From an uncultured virus (IMG/VR IMGVR_UViG_3300032092_000020) (lineage: Duplodnaviria; Heunggongvirae; Uroviricota; Caudoviricetes), in IMG/VR virus record IMGVR_UViG_3300032092_000020: a stretch of 64,000 nt of DNA. The stretch is one strand, 5' to 3'. The translations under genes were made by a program, and so were the position numbers. The notes beneath the pieces are model-generated. The model worked only from the letters and a program-made list of their open reading frames with translations, did no database searches and had not been told where the DNA came from. This document shows, piece by piece, positions 27,714 through 37,012 of the stretch (position 1 is the stretch's first letter; each line of letters begins with the position of its first letter).

Positions 27714-27735
27714 CTCACGTTCACGCACTACCAGG

Positions 27736-28143
27736 CTACTCGGTCTCCTTGAGGCCGAGTAGTTCTGGTTTGTGGGCGTGGTTGATCTCGTCGACCACAT
27801 CGAGGGAGTCGGTGATCGCGTGAAGAAGTTCGCGCTGCTCGGCAACCATCTCGATCAGGGAAGACAGGGCGGCGTGGTCCAGGACGGTCATGTCCTCGTC
27901 GGTGATCAAGTACCTGATCGCAGGAATAAGCGAGGAGATGGCGCCAGCCGATTCCAGCATACCGGTGATCGTGTCCCGTGTCAAACCGATGACCCCGACC
28001 AGGGAGGGGTGATGCTCGAGGTAGACCTCGAGTCCTCTGCCTAAGCGCTCGGCCATCTTGCCCGCCTCTTCACGGGTCACGACAATCTCCTCGAAGTCAG
28101 CCAAGGCTGCGTCGAGCGCGTCCGGTTCCTCCTCGTTGCTCAT
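27736..28143 (-). CDS. Acidic hypothetical protein
   Basis: 135-aa ORF convergent with the array. Confidence 0.65.
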   Translation of the reverse strand: MSNEEEPDALDAALADFEEIVVTREEAGKMAERLGRGLEVYLEHHPSLVGVIGLTRDTITGMLESAGAISSLIPAIRYLITDEDMTVLDHAALSSLIEMVAEQRELLHAITDSLDVVDEINHAHKPELLGLKETE

Positions 28144-28319
28144 GGTGAAATCCTAGCGCACTCGCCAGCCCCAGCGTGGTGAGGTGCGTTGGAGGCGCTG
28201 TGCGGTCCGTGGAGCGATTGGGTGGATGAAGTGGGGTAGTTGAACGTGAATGAGCCGGTCAAGGCGCTCAGAGAGCGCACAGGGGCTCCGGAGGGGGTAA
28301 CGGGAGATCGGGGTGGTCA

Positions 28320-28553
28320 TCAGGGGAGTATCGTGACTCGGCCATCAGGGTCGACGCAGGCAGGTGTGCCGCCGCGTCCTCCGTCGAGGACTTCGGAGTT
28401 CAGAGCAGCGCAGTAGCCATCGTGGTACGAGCCGAGCATCCCGCGGGCCAGAAGCATCCCGAGGAGGAAGGGGACGAGCACCCCGATGACGGTGACGGCG
28501 ATCATCACGGTGTCGTTTTTTGTCCACGGGGATGTCGGTTGAGTGGTGATCAT
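28320..28553 (-). CDS. Small membrane protein
   Basis: Hydrophobic segment; leftward promoter TTGACA(28588-28583)-N17-TAGGTT. Confidence 0.6.
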   Translation of the reverse strand: MITTQPTSPWTKNDTVMIAVTVIGVLVPFLLGMLLARGMLGSYHDGYCAALNSEVLDGGRGGTPACVDPDGRVTILP

Positions 28554-28609
28554 GGCGGGAACCTAGCAGGTCTGGCGACGGCTGTCAAACGGGCAGATCG
28601 AGGGGCTCG

Positions 28610-28778
28610 AAAATGTTTGATTCTAGGATCATGTAGGAAAAGTAGTAGTGTGTTCCGGACTATTCATACGGTCTTGCTTTTCTGTATATTTGGAGTTATA
28701 CTTAGAGAGGGTAGTTTCAGCGAGGCGTAACCGTGTGAGAAGTGCGGAACACACTACTACTGAACAAACATTTTCCTA
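28610..28778. repeat. AT-rich long inverted repeat
   Basis: AGTAGTAGTGTGTTCCG 28641-28657 / CGGAACACACTACTACT 28745-28761; AAAATGTTTG 28610-28619 / CAAACATTTT 28765-28774. Confidence 0.85.
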
Positions 28779-28996
28779 TTTGGCTATTCACAAACTTAGA
28801 TTCGGACATCAGGGACAATACGGGCGACTCCCTCCGATACATCAGTTTCTCGTACGGTAGAATCGGCTCTCTCGGCCTCCTACATGGCTCTAACTGCTCC
28901 TATTCCGGAACCGCGCGCTAGTCAGACTCCTGAGTTTGCTCCTAGATCCAACCTGTGCTACGCTCCTACCAACATTCCCGGACCCAAGGAGAAACC

Positions 28997-29674
28997 ATGA
29001 CTGAGCCCTACGGAACCGATGCCGCGAGCATTGCTATCCAGTCCTACATTGAAAGACGAAACATCACTATTTCCGACTACCACACTCGCCTCACAACGAG
29101 CATCATCTGCCTCTGTGGACACTCCCGCGAGTTCCACTCCGACTCTCCCGAGGAGAACACCTTCACCTGGCTCGCGGCACCCCTCGAAGAGGGCGGCGGC
29201 GGCGAGGAGATGTGCGGCTGCTTCGTCCACGTTCGCAAGGAAGACAAGGCCTCCCCGCTCGGTCGGGCGACCCCCGCCTGCATCTGCCCAGGATTCCGTC
29301 CCGTCCTGGCCGTCAAGCACTACGGCAACAAGTTCCGCCGCTATCACCCGAAGTTCCGCTCAGACGGATCCATCAGCAAGCGGATCACCACGCTCCCCCT
29401 CCCTCCCCTCCAGGCCGCTCTCGTCTCCATCTTCGAGACCAACGCGCTCCGCCAGCGGGAGCACACCGCCGCCAAGCACACCGGAGTTCCGGCCACCGTT
29501 CCCAAGCCGCACGACCTCGATAAGTCCCTGACCTGGCTGGTGCCCTGCGACCACTGCGGGCAGTCCGGCAAGTTCCTTGAGGCCGTCTTCACCGACGACA
29601 CCATGACCAAGACCGTCGTCGCCTGCGCTGACTCCTGCGCCCGCGAGATCGAATCCACCTGGCTCGAGATCTAG
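28997..29674 (+). CDS. Cys/His-rich hypothetical protein
   Basis: AAGGAG RBS; CLCGH..H, CICP, CDHC. Confidence 0.7.
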   Translation: MTEPYGTDAASIAIQSYIERRNITISDYHTRLTTSIICLCGHSREFHSDSPEENTFTWLAAPLEEGGGGEEMCGCFVHVRKEDKASPLGRATPACICPGFRPVLAVKHYGNKFRRYHPKFRSDGSISKRITTLPLPPLQAALVSIFETNALRQREHTAAKHTGVPATVPKPHDLDKSLTWLVPCDHCGQSGKFLEAVFTDDTMTKTVVACADSCAREIESTWLEI

Positions 29675-29738
29675 TTGACAGGCCCACGCCTCCCCGCTAG
29701 TCTGCCGTCAGACTGTCCTCTAAAGAAAGGATCCCCAC

Positions 29739-30128
29739 ATGTCCGAGCCCCGCGACTTCCGCTCTCTGGCCCTGCTCTCCATCTTCTCGATGTCTCTTAT
29801 TGCCAGCGTGCTCTATGGCGTTCTCAGCATCGACCTAATCCGCACCTCGTCCGAGACCCGCCTCACTAATGCCGAGGTCCAGAGCACTCTCGGGACCCTC
29901 TACACCGAGATCCGGGACACTGACGTTGAGATCGAGCGGGTCACTGAGATTCTCCGGTCCGACCCGAATGACGGGCCCGCTCTCAATAGTCTCCAGGACC
30001 TCACTGAGATCTGCCTCTCCGCGCGCATTGAGTACAACGTGCTGTCCGCTGATTACGGGCCCGACTCCCTCCGTGGCTCCACTCTCCCCGACGAGGTCAT
30101 CGACGTTCCCCCAACCGACTGCCGCTAA
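29739..30128 (+). CDS. Membrane-anchored hypothetical protein
   Basis: N-terminal TM; TTGACA promoter at 29675. Confidence 0.7.
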   Translation: MSEPRDFRSLALLSIFSMSLIASVLYGVLSIDLIRTSSETRLTNAEVQSTLGTLYTEIRDTDVEIERVTEILRSDPNDGPALNSLQDLTEICLSARIEYNVLSADYGPDSLRGSTLPDEVIDVPPTDCR

Positions 30129-30148
30129 TCATATGAAAGGACGACCCA

Positions 30149-30913
30149 ATGACCTACTCCATCGCGACCCATCACACCCCTGACCTCCTCGACAAGGTCC
30201 TCACCCTCAAGCAGGTCGACACCGTCACCGCCGCGCTGAACACCTTGTCCGATCTCTCCACTGCTCGCCAAGCGGCCTCGGAGTTCCTCGACCTCTTCTA
30301 CGACTACCTCGTCGAACTGCTCAGCGCCGACTCTCCGTCCTACTCCGACGTTCTCTACGACACCCAGACCGATACCTTCATCGTCTTCGACGACACCACC
30401 ACCCCGCTCCCCAACGACGCCACCACGTCCGACGTCGTGCTCGCGTTCGACCACTACTTCTCCGATTACGACGTCGCATCCCAGTACCTGTTCGTCCTCC
30501 GCAACCGCCGCACCCTCCACGAGATCTCCGGCGTATTCGGCGCGACCCTCGTCAACTCCTACGATCACGGCGACGGCCAGGTCTACCGCACCGCCGACAT
30601 CGCCGACTCCGAGTACTTCGCTCCCGATCTCGGTATCGGCTTCGATCTCCGCCCGATCCCCAAGGCGGTACACAAGCGCTGCCTCAAGAACTACCGCGAC
30701 CTGCGCGACCGCGCCTTCGATTGCGCTCTCGACATCCTAGTCACCGATACCATCCCCTCCCTCAACCGCGAGCATACCGCCTCGCCAATCGAGACCCAGG
30801 TCAACGCCCCCCGCCAGACGCACGTCACGTTCACCGCGAGCCTGCCCAACACTCCCGAGGTCGCCGAACTCATCGCCAGCCTGACCGAACTCCAGCGCCG
30901 GTACGGTGCCTGA
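30149..30913 (+). CDS. Hypothetical protein
   Basis: GAAAGGA RBS. Confidence 0.75.
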   Translation: MTYSIATHHTPDLLDKVLTLKQVDTVTAALNTLSDLSTARQAASEFLDLFYDYLVELLSADSPSYSDVLYDTQTDTFIVFDDTTTPLPNDATTSDVVLAFDHYFSDYDVASQYLFVLRNRRTLHEISGVFGATLVNSYDHGDGQVYRTADIADSEYFAPDLGIGFDLRPIPKAVHKRCLKNYRDLRDRAFDCALDILVTDTIPSLNREHTASPIETQVNAPRQTHVTFTASLPNTPEVAELIASLTELQRRYGA

Positions 30914-31290
30914 TGACCACCATCACCCTCAAGGATAAGGTGCTCGACCTCGCCGTCACCCGCTACGCCGCCTCTGGCCGTCCCCTCCCTCTCTTCACCT
31001 TCACCCACAACCTGAACACCTACACCGCCCAGGGGATCAAGGGCGCCCTTACTCGTCTGGCTAAGGACGACCTCATCCAGATCACCGAGGACTACACCGG
31101 CCCGCTCTACGCCCCGACGCCCTCCGCCCCCCTCACCCAGTACTACGCCCCCGACGCCGTCATGGCTCTGGGACTCATCCCCAATCCCTACTCCGTCCCG
31201 ATGCCCGGATTCCTCTGCCGCACCTGCGGCTCCCTCGTCGTCGACCGCCCCCTCCATACCAACTATCACGCCTCCCAGGACAGCCGATGA
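30913..31290 (+). CDS. Hypothetical protein with C-terminal C2H2-like motif
   Basis: CRTC...H...H. Confidence 0.65.
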   Translation: MTTITLKDKVLDLAVTRYAASGRPLPLFTFTHNLNTYTAQGIKGALTRLAKDDLIQITEDYTGPLYAPTPSAPLTQYYAPDAVMALGLIPNPYSVPMPGFLCRTCGSLVVDRPLHTNYHASQDSR

Positions 31291-31622
31291 CGCCGCCCGC
31301 GACCGCCGATGTCCAACTCGTCGAAGTCCGACCTGGCGAGGACGACACCGTTGCTAGTCCCATTGTGGAAGTCGATGTCATGCAGATCAATACCTACCGC
31401 GGAGGAGCCTCGCTGGACTTCCGCGACGTGCACATCCCCGTCACCCTCCCAGCCGGACGCCGAGTCGCTTGTGTTCACATCGCCGTCGTACTCAATGCCC
31501 CCGGCGGGTACGGAACCTTCTCCGCACTCACCGCGAACACCTACACCGTCGAAGACAGAGGCGAGGTCCGTCTCACCACGTTGACAATCAACGGACCAGA
31601 GATCGAGGCGCTGTTCCTATGA
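31287..31622 (+). CDS. Hypothetical protein
   Basis: ATGA overlaps at both ends. Confidence 0.6.
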   Translation: MTPPATADVQLVEVRPGEDDTVASPIVEVDVMQINTYRGGASLDFRDVHIPVTLPAGRRVACVHIAVVLNAPGGYGTFSALTANTYTVEDRGEVRLTTLTINGPEIEALFL

Positions 31623-32455
31623 CCACGAACGCGACCCCCTACTGCTCCGTCCCGCTCGATGTCTACGAGAAGGCCACCGACTACATCATCTTCACCTGCC
31701 GTGTCGGCTCCGAACTCTACGGACTCAGTGACACCACCACCGACTCCGACATCGACCTGATGTCCGTCACGATCATGCCCCCTTCCGACGTCCTCGGTAT
31801 CGCCCCCTTCGAGGGACTCGAGTACCGCACCGCTGGCAAGGGCAACCGATCGCGCCCCGGCGACATCGATCACAGCATCTACTCCCTCCGCAAGTACCTC
31901 CGTCTCGCATCCGACGGCAACCCTTCGATCCTCGCTCCGCTGTTCGCACCTCGCGACCGATTTCTGTTCTACGGATCAGGCGCCGCTCATCTGTTCTCTA
32001 ACCGCAACATCTTCCTCTCCAAGAAGGCGGGATACCGTCACCTCGGATACGCCCGATCTCAGCGCGAGCGGATGGTCGACTCTCGAGCCGGAGTCCGATC
32101 ACCTCGCGTCAATCGGCCCGAACTCTTCGCCAAGTACGGCTTCGATCCGAAGTTCGCCGCCCACATGCTTCGCCTCACGGTCCAGGGGACCGAACTCATG
32201 CGCCACGGAGTCATCACACTCCCGATGCCTGAGACCGAGCGCGACCAGATCCGTGCCGTCCGGAGGGGCGAGGTTTCTTACGAGGAGATCCTTGAGGCTG
32301 CGGACCACTTCGAGCACGTCCTCGAGGCCGCGATCAGGTCGTCCGATCTTCCTGACACCCCAGACCGATCAGCAGTTGACAAACTCTCCTACTCCCTGCA
32401 CTACACCTCGTGGATGAACCACGCCAACGACAAGGAAGGATCCCCACTCGCATGA
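31619..32455 (+). CDS. Nucleotidyltransferase (Pol beta superfamily)
   Basis: VGSELYG....DSDID, GNPSIL, K.AAH.LRL. Confidence 0.85.
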   Translation: MTTNATPYCSVPLDVYEKATDYIIFTCRVGSELYGLSDTTTDSDIDLMSVTIMPPSDVLGIAPFEGLEYRTAGKGNRSRPGDIDHSIYSLRKYLRLASDGNPSILAPLFAPRDRFLFYGSGAAHLFSNRNIFLSKKAGYRHLGYARSQRERMVDSRAGVRSPRVNRPELFAKYGFDPKFAAHMLRLTVQGTELMRHGVITLPMPETERDQIRAVRRGEVSYEEILEAADHFEHVLEAAIRSSDLPDTPDRSAVDKLSYSLHYTSWMNHANDKEGSPLA

Positions 32456-32715
32456 TCTACGAAGTTGAGCCCCACGTCCCGGTCTTCGAGGACATCCCGC
32501 CTACCGGCTACCCGTCCCACCCCGAGAGGCCCGAGGCCGATCTCATCTGGCGCGTTGAGCAGTTCACGGGAGAGACACCGCGTATCGTCTACGGAGCAGC
32601 CGGGACACACCCCCTCCCCTCCCTCGACATCGCAAACGCTCTGGTCCGCGTCCTGTCGTCGCTCCTTGCCGGGACCCTTCCTGGTGAGATTGCGGAGCAC
32701 GGTCGCCCAGAGTAG
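32452..32715 (+). CDS. Hypothetical protein
   Basis: ATGA overlap. Confidence 0.55.
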   Translation: MIYEVEPHVPVFEDIPPTGYPSHPERPEADLIWRVEQFTGETPRIVYGAAGTHPLPSLDIANALVRVLSSLLAGTLPGEIAEHGRPE

Positions 32716-32793
32716 TCGACACTTGACATCTTCACCTCGCTATGCCATGCTCAACTCAACACATCCCAACCTCAACCATGAAGGAGGAAATAC

Positions 32794-33291
32794 ATGACCA
32801 GGAAGACCATCTCGGGATTGCCTCCCGCAACGCCGAAGATCAGCGTCCCGACCTGGGTTGCTGAGGTCCAGGTCATCCCACCGCGGGCCGACACCACCCA
32901 CCTCCCCGGCATCAAGGTCATCGTGGACGACACGTTCCCTCGACACCTCGCCATCCGCAACGAGGCCACCTACCTCGCTTCCCGTTACCGCATCTACGTC
33001 AACCCCGCCAACGCGCTCTGCTACAGCGACGACCCGCATGACACGGGACGACTGACGTCCTACACTGGCAGGGGCAGTATTCAGCGCCTCGAGGATTTGC
33101 TATGGGGGATCGACCGTCAGGTCAGTAAGGCCGCGATCCTCAACATCGACGGCTTCGAGGTTCACCACCATACGACCCGACCCAGCCGCTTCCCCTCCTA
33201 CTCCGGCTCCTTCTGGTTCTGGTCGACGCTCCTCGCCGTCGGCCTGGTCACCGTGATCGGGACTCAGATTGCTCGTCTGGTTCTCGCATGA
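32794..33291 (+). CDS. Hypothetical protein with C-terminal TM
   Basis: AAGGAGG RBS; TTGACA at 32724. Confidence 0.7.
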   Translation: MTRKTISGLPPATPKISVPTWVAEVQVIPPRADTTHLPGIKVIVDDTFPRHLAIRNEATYLASRYRIYVNPANALCYSDDPHDTGRLTSYTGRGSIQRLEDLLWGIDRQVSKAAILNIDGFEVHHHTTRPSRFPSYSGSFWFWSTLLAVGLVTVIGTQIARLVLA

Positions 33292-33331
33292 ACAGCGCCC
33301 TCGCCAACGTCACCACGACGAAAGGACAATA

Positions 33332-34192
33332 GTGCCTACCCTCTTTATCACCCGCGGCCTCCCCGCCTCCGGCAAGTCCACCTGGGCCCGCGAGCACCTC
33401 GCCTCAGCCCCCAAGGGCTCCACCGTCATCGTCTGCCGTGACGACCTGCGCCTCATGCTGCACGACGGCGTCTGGTCGAAGACGAACGAGAAGGCGACGA
33501 TGAACGCGCGCGACGTGCTCATCCGACTCAACCTGCTCAACGGGCTCGACGTAGTAGTAAGCGATACGAACTTGGACGAAAAAACCTTCAATCACCTCTC
33601 CGACATCGCTGCTCAGGTCGAGGCTGACGTGGAGGTTGTTGACTTTCGGGACGTACCGCTCCACGTCTGTATTGAGCGGGACGCTCTTCGGCCCAACCCT
33701 GTTGGGAAGAAGATCATCAACCAACTCCATCTTCGCCACCTCTCAAAGCCCTACTCCCCGCCTGAGTATGATCCATCTCTGCCTGACGCGATCTTGCTTG
33801 ACCTGGATGGAACCATCGCCAGGATGCACGGTAGGTCCCCGTACGACTACACGAAAGTTGATACGGATAAGGTGGACGTCACTGTCCGCCGAATCGTACA
33901 GAACGAGCACGCCGCCGGTACCAAGGTGATCGTCCTCTCCGGACGGCGTGCGGACTGCATTGATCTCAGCATCAAGTGGCTCAACGACAACGACACTCCC
34001 TTCGACGAAATCCACCAGCGCGAGCCTGGGGACGAGACGCGGACCGACTACCTCGTGAAGCACGAGATGCTCGAGAAGTTTGTCTTCGGCAAGTACAACA
34101 TCCTCTACTCGCTCGACGACCGCGACCAAGTGGTCCGTCTCTACCGATCCCTCGGGATCAAGGTGCTCCAGACAGAGCCTGGGGACTTCTAG
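33332..34192 (+). CDS. pseT: Polynucleotide 5'-kinase/3'-phosphatase (T4 PseT-like)
   Basis: GLPASGKST, RDDLR, HAD DLDGT, SGR, DDRDQV. Confidence 0.9.
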   Translation: MPTLFITRGLPASGKSTWAREHLASAPKGSTVIVCRDDLRLMLHDGVWSKTNEKATMNARDVLIRLNLLNGLDVVVSDTNLDEKTFNHLSDIAAQVEADVEVVDFRDVPLHVCIERDALRPNPVGKKIINQLHLRHLSKPYSPPEYDPSLPDAILLDLDGTIARMHGRSPYDYTKVDTDKVDVTVRRIVQNEHAAGTKVIVLSGRRADCIDLSIKWLNDNDTPFDEIHQREPGDETRTDYLVKHEMLEKFVFGKYNILYSLDDRDQVVRLYRSLGIKVLQTEPGDF

Positions 34193-34201
34193 TCGCATGA
34201 A

Positions 34202-34237
34202 GAAGACCCCCAATCCTGTGATAGGATGGGGGTCTTC
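34202..34237 (+). terminator. Hairpin after PNK
   Basis: GAAGACCCCC...GGGGGTCTTC. Confidence 0.6.
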
Positions 34238-34290
34238 GAGCGAGCGTGTTACGAGCACCTCGCACCGACCAGATCCCTATGGAGGATCCG

Positions 34291-34863
34291 ATGTCCACCA
34301 CCCTACCAGAGTCGCAGGTCTGCACCCGCTGCAACCTCCTCAAGCCCCTCACCGAGTTCTACAAGCAGCCCCTTGGTAAGTACGGTCGCCATTCCAGGTG
34401 CAAGGACTGCGAGAGGGAGCGCGCACGCCGCTACTACGACGCCAACCCCGACAAGTACAGTGAAAACAACCGACGCTGGCGCGAAACCAACTCCGACAAG
34501 AGACGCGCAGACATGGTCGTTTGGCGCGAAGCCAACCCGAATAGGGTTCGTGAAAACAACCGACGTTGGCGCGAGACCAACCCAGATAAGGTCCGCTCGA
34601 AGACTCAGCGTCGTCGCGCCGTCAAACTCAACGCTCAGGTCGACGAAGTCATCACCTTCACCCTCGCCTCAGAGTGCGTAGCCTGCCACGCTACCGACCG
34701 CCTCACCGAGGATCACATCATCCCCCTCTCCCGAGGCGGAGCCCACGCCGACGCCAATCTCCAAACCCTCTGCACTCCCTGCAACTCCTCCAAGAAAGAG
34801 TTGACAATGGAGGAGTGGATCGTCTCCTCACGCCCTCGGGCCCGCCGAATCTTCGGGACTTGA
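34291..34863 (+). CDS. HNH endonuclease with basic internal repeats
   Basis: CTRC/CKDC; ENNRRWRETN x2; DHIIPLSRGG..NLQTLCTPCNSSK. Confidence 0.9.
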   Translation: MSTTLPESQVCTRCNLLKPLTEFYKQPLGKYGRHSRCKDCERERARRYYDANPDKYSENNRRWRETNSDKRRADMVVWREANPNRVRENNRRWRETNPDKVRSKTQRRRAVKLNAQVDEVITFTLASECVACHATDRLTEDHIIPLSRGGAHADANLQTLCTPCNSSKKELTMEEWIVSSRPRARRIFGT

Positions 34864-34918
34864 CAGACTCCATCCGCACCCGTAAGGTGGCTGCACCAAC
34901 CAAACGAAAGGAGTTCTG

Positions 34919-35155
34919 ATGAGCGCGACAGAGGTTCCAGACCCTCGAGCCATCAACGTCGCACTCGACGTGATGGAGTCTGAGGCAATGCTTTGGCTCA
35001 TGTCAGGGTCGGGCCACCCGGAGGCGCACCTGGCTACCTTGCGCAAGGCATGGCTGGCCTACACCGACTGCGGGGGAAAGACCTGGCCCCACTCGACGCG
35101 GGACTACTTGAGCGGAGTAAGGGATCTCTCGGAAGTGTCTGCCGACATGCCTTGA
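34919..35155 (+). CDS. Hypothetical protein
   Basis: AAGGAG RBS; TTGACA at 34860. Confidence 0.6.
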   Translation: MSATEVPDPRAINVALDVMESEAMLWLMSGSGHPEAHLATLRKAWLAYTDCGGKTWPHSTRDYLSGVRDLSEVSADMP

Positions 35156-35212
35156 CAAGGATCCGGAACTCATGTACGGTTCTCTCAACGCAATCAACAG
35201 AGAGGAGTCAAC

Positions 35213-35692
35213 ATGGTCCGCATCGCCGCCAACGCTGTTTACCAAGCCGAGCAGATCTTCGAGAACGCTCTGAACAACCGCGACAAGTTCCCCACCGCGA
35301 TCGTCTTCGGGAGCACCGTCAACGTCCCTGATCAGCGACGCTTCGGCGATTACCAGCACGTCCGCAAGTACGTCAACTACGTGCTCGCGCACCCGCACAT
35401 CCGCCACGTCTACCCCACTCGATCCCTAAAGCCTGTCAAGGTTCGCGTCCGCAAGGGGCCCAACAAGGCCCACTACGAGCGCAGTACCTCGACTATTGCC
35501 TTGCCTGACAACAGATTCGGCATGTCTGAGGTCACCGTCCTCCACGAACTCGCGCACCACCTGTCCGACACGGGCGGCCACGATGCCCTCTTCATCAAGG
35601 CTCTTGATACTCTCATCGAGACCATGATGGCACCTGAGGCGATCCTGCTTTACCGAGAGGCTGTCAGTAACTTGACAACCACTTCGGAATGA
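35213..35692 (+). CDS. HEXXH metallohydrolase (Rv0185/TIGR04338-like)
   Basis: VY.AE, RRFG, VR.RKG..KAHY, VLHELAHH, H...F. Confidence 0.8.
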   Translation: MVRIAANAVYQAEQIFENALNNRDKFPTAIVFGSTVNVPDQRRFGDYQHVRKYVNYVLAHPHIRHVYPTRSLKPVKVRVRKGPNKAHYERSTSTIALPDNRFGMSEVTVLHELAHHLSDTGGHDALFIKALDTLIETMMAPEAILLYREAVSNLTTTSE

Positions 35693-35746
35693 CATACGCT
35701 GGGTTCATCAGCACAAACGACACCACGACGAAAGGGGACTCAAATC

Positions 35747-36538
35747 ATGCTCGACCGTCTAGCCAAGATCCTCAACCAAGCGGAGAACGCTTCCACTGAG
35801 GCCGAGGCCGCCGTCTTCATGCGGAAGGCTCAGGAACTCGCCACGCAGTACGAGATCGATCTCGAGATCGCTCGTCAGCACACCGCCGATCTCCACAAGC
35901 GCGAGACTCCCGTTCGCGAGCGAGTCGTCCTCCACACCGGCAGCAAGGGCCGCAACTCCCGCCCCCAACTCGTCGGTCTCATGTCTGAGATCGCCTGGGC
36001 CAACGGCCTGCGCCTCGACGTTACCTACGACTCGAGCGCCGTGATCCTGTACGGGTTCCCGAGCCAGATCGCCTCGGTCACCGCGCTGTACATGTCGCTC
36101 GCTGTTCAGATGACCACGGGCGCCAACGCTTACCTCCGCACCAAGGCCTACCTCGACGAGAAGGTCTACCGCGAGACCCGCGACCCCTGGGGCTACAAGT
36201 ACGGCCAGTTCACCGCGCCGACTGCTCAGATGGCTCGCAAGTCGTTCTGCCAGTCCTTCGCCTCCCGTGTCGGTGAGCGGATGCGCGAAGCCGCCGCCGC
36301 GACCAAGGCTGTCGAGGTTGAGGTCAGCACGCCCGAGACCCCAGACGCTCGCCCGATGACCGGCGCCTTGGTGCTCCAGTCGCGTGACCTTGCGGTCAAC
36401 GATTTCTACGCTGAGGCCTCCAACGCCCGCGGTTCGTACCGCAAGAACCGAGACGTCTACGTTGCCTCGGCCCGATCGGCAGGGAGCGCCGCAGGCTCGC
36501 GAGCGCGCCTCTCCGCACAGATGGCGGTGTCGGCATGA
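35747..36538 (+). CDS. DUF2786 domain protein (Rv0184-like)
   Basis: L.RLAKIL.QAE.A.T.AEA..F..KAQEL...Y.ID; R.SF..SFA.RV.ER. Confidence 0.85.
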   Translation: MLDRLAKILNQAENASTEAEAAVFMRKAQELATQYEIDLEIARQHTADLHKRETPVRERVVLHTGSKGRNSRPQLVGLMSEIAWANGLRLDVTYDSSAVILYGFPSQIASVTALYMSLAVQMTTGANAYLRTKAYLDEKVYRETRDPWGYKYGQFTAPTAQMARKSFCQSFASRVGERMREAAAATKAVEVEVSTPETPDARPMTGALVLQSRDLAVNDFYAEASNARGSYRKNRDVYVASARSAGSAAGSRARLSAQMAVSA

Positions 36539-36849
36539 CCCGCCCGCTGCGCGTCGGCGACCGCGTGACCGCGACGGGGATCGTTGAGGAGTCATCGCCG
36601 GGGCTGCTGGTTCGCTTCGAGGGCGGCATCTCAACGACGTGGCTGACCGATGGTGAGGCCGAGCGCGTCACCCTCATCGCCCCCGCTGAGCCGCCCGTGG
36701 GCAGCGTCGTCGTCAAGGACGGGGTGGCTTACGTCCACATAAGCGGGCCTGGGTCGTGCTGGCGGTCCACTGACGCCACACCCATTGTCGACAACTGGTG
36801 CAACATCAGCGACGGCGACATCATCTTCGATCCTCGGAGCACCGAATGA
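36535..36849 (+). CDS. Hypothetical protein
   Basis: ATGA overlap; EPPVGSVV. Confidence 0.65.
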   Translation: MTRPLRVGDRVTATGIVEESSPGLLVRFEGGISTTWLTDGEAERVTLIAPAEPPVGSVVVKDGVAYVHISGPGSCWRSTDATPIVDNWCNISDGDIIFDPRSTE

Positions 36850-37012
36850 TCGGGATCCCTGAGAAGAAGTGTCCTAAGGCTAGGAAGAAGTCTGGGAAGA
36901 AGGCCAAAAAGCCGATCCCGCACCTCCCCCATTCGTGGTGGGCTAGCGTGTACTTGCCCGTCGGCGATCTCGGATACCCTGCCCTCTGCCCCGGCTACCC
37001 CAAGGAGACCAA

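Larger units (their letters stand above)
1053..27728 (+). repeat. Dispersed 17-bp box family AACTCACGTTCACGCAY (29 copies)
   Basis: Starts at 1053, 1669 (CATGCAC variant), 2533, 3437, 4056, 4629, 6422, 6806, 7463, 7918, 8618, 9082, 9682, 10515, 11045, 11696, 12158, 12681, 13552, 14299, 15074, 16288 (inverted), 16887, 18241, 19348, 19981, 21048, 23190, 27712. Confidence 0.97.

Noticed and set aside
1053..27728. 17-bp repeats as a CRISPR array
   Set aside because: Repeats are too short, intervals are about 0.4-4.5 kb and contain promoters and genes, and there is no cas operon (the exonuclease at 54291 is in a recombination module).
1053..27728. Classical integron with attC sites
   Set aside because: No integrase recognised in the window; the box is non-palindromic and lacks paired R''/R' ends; units carry their own promoters.
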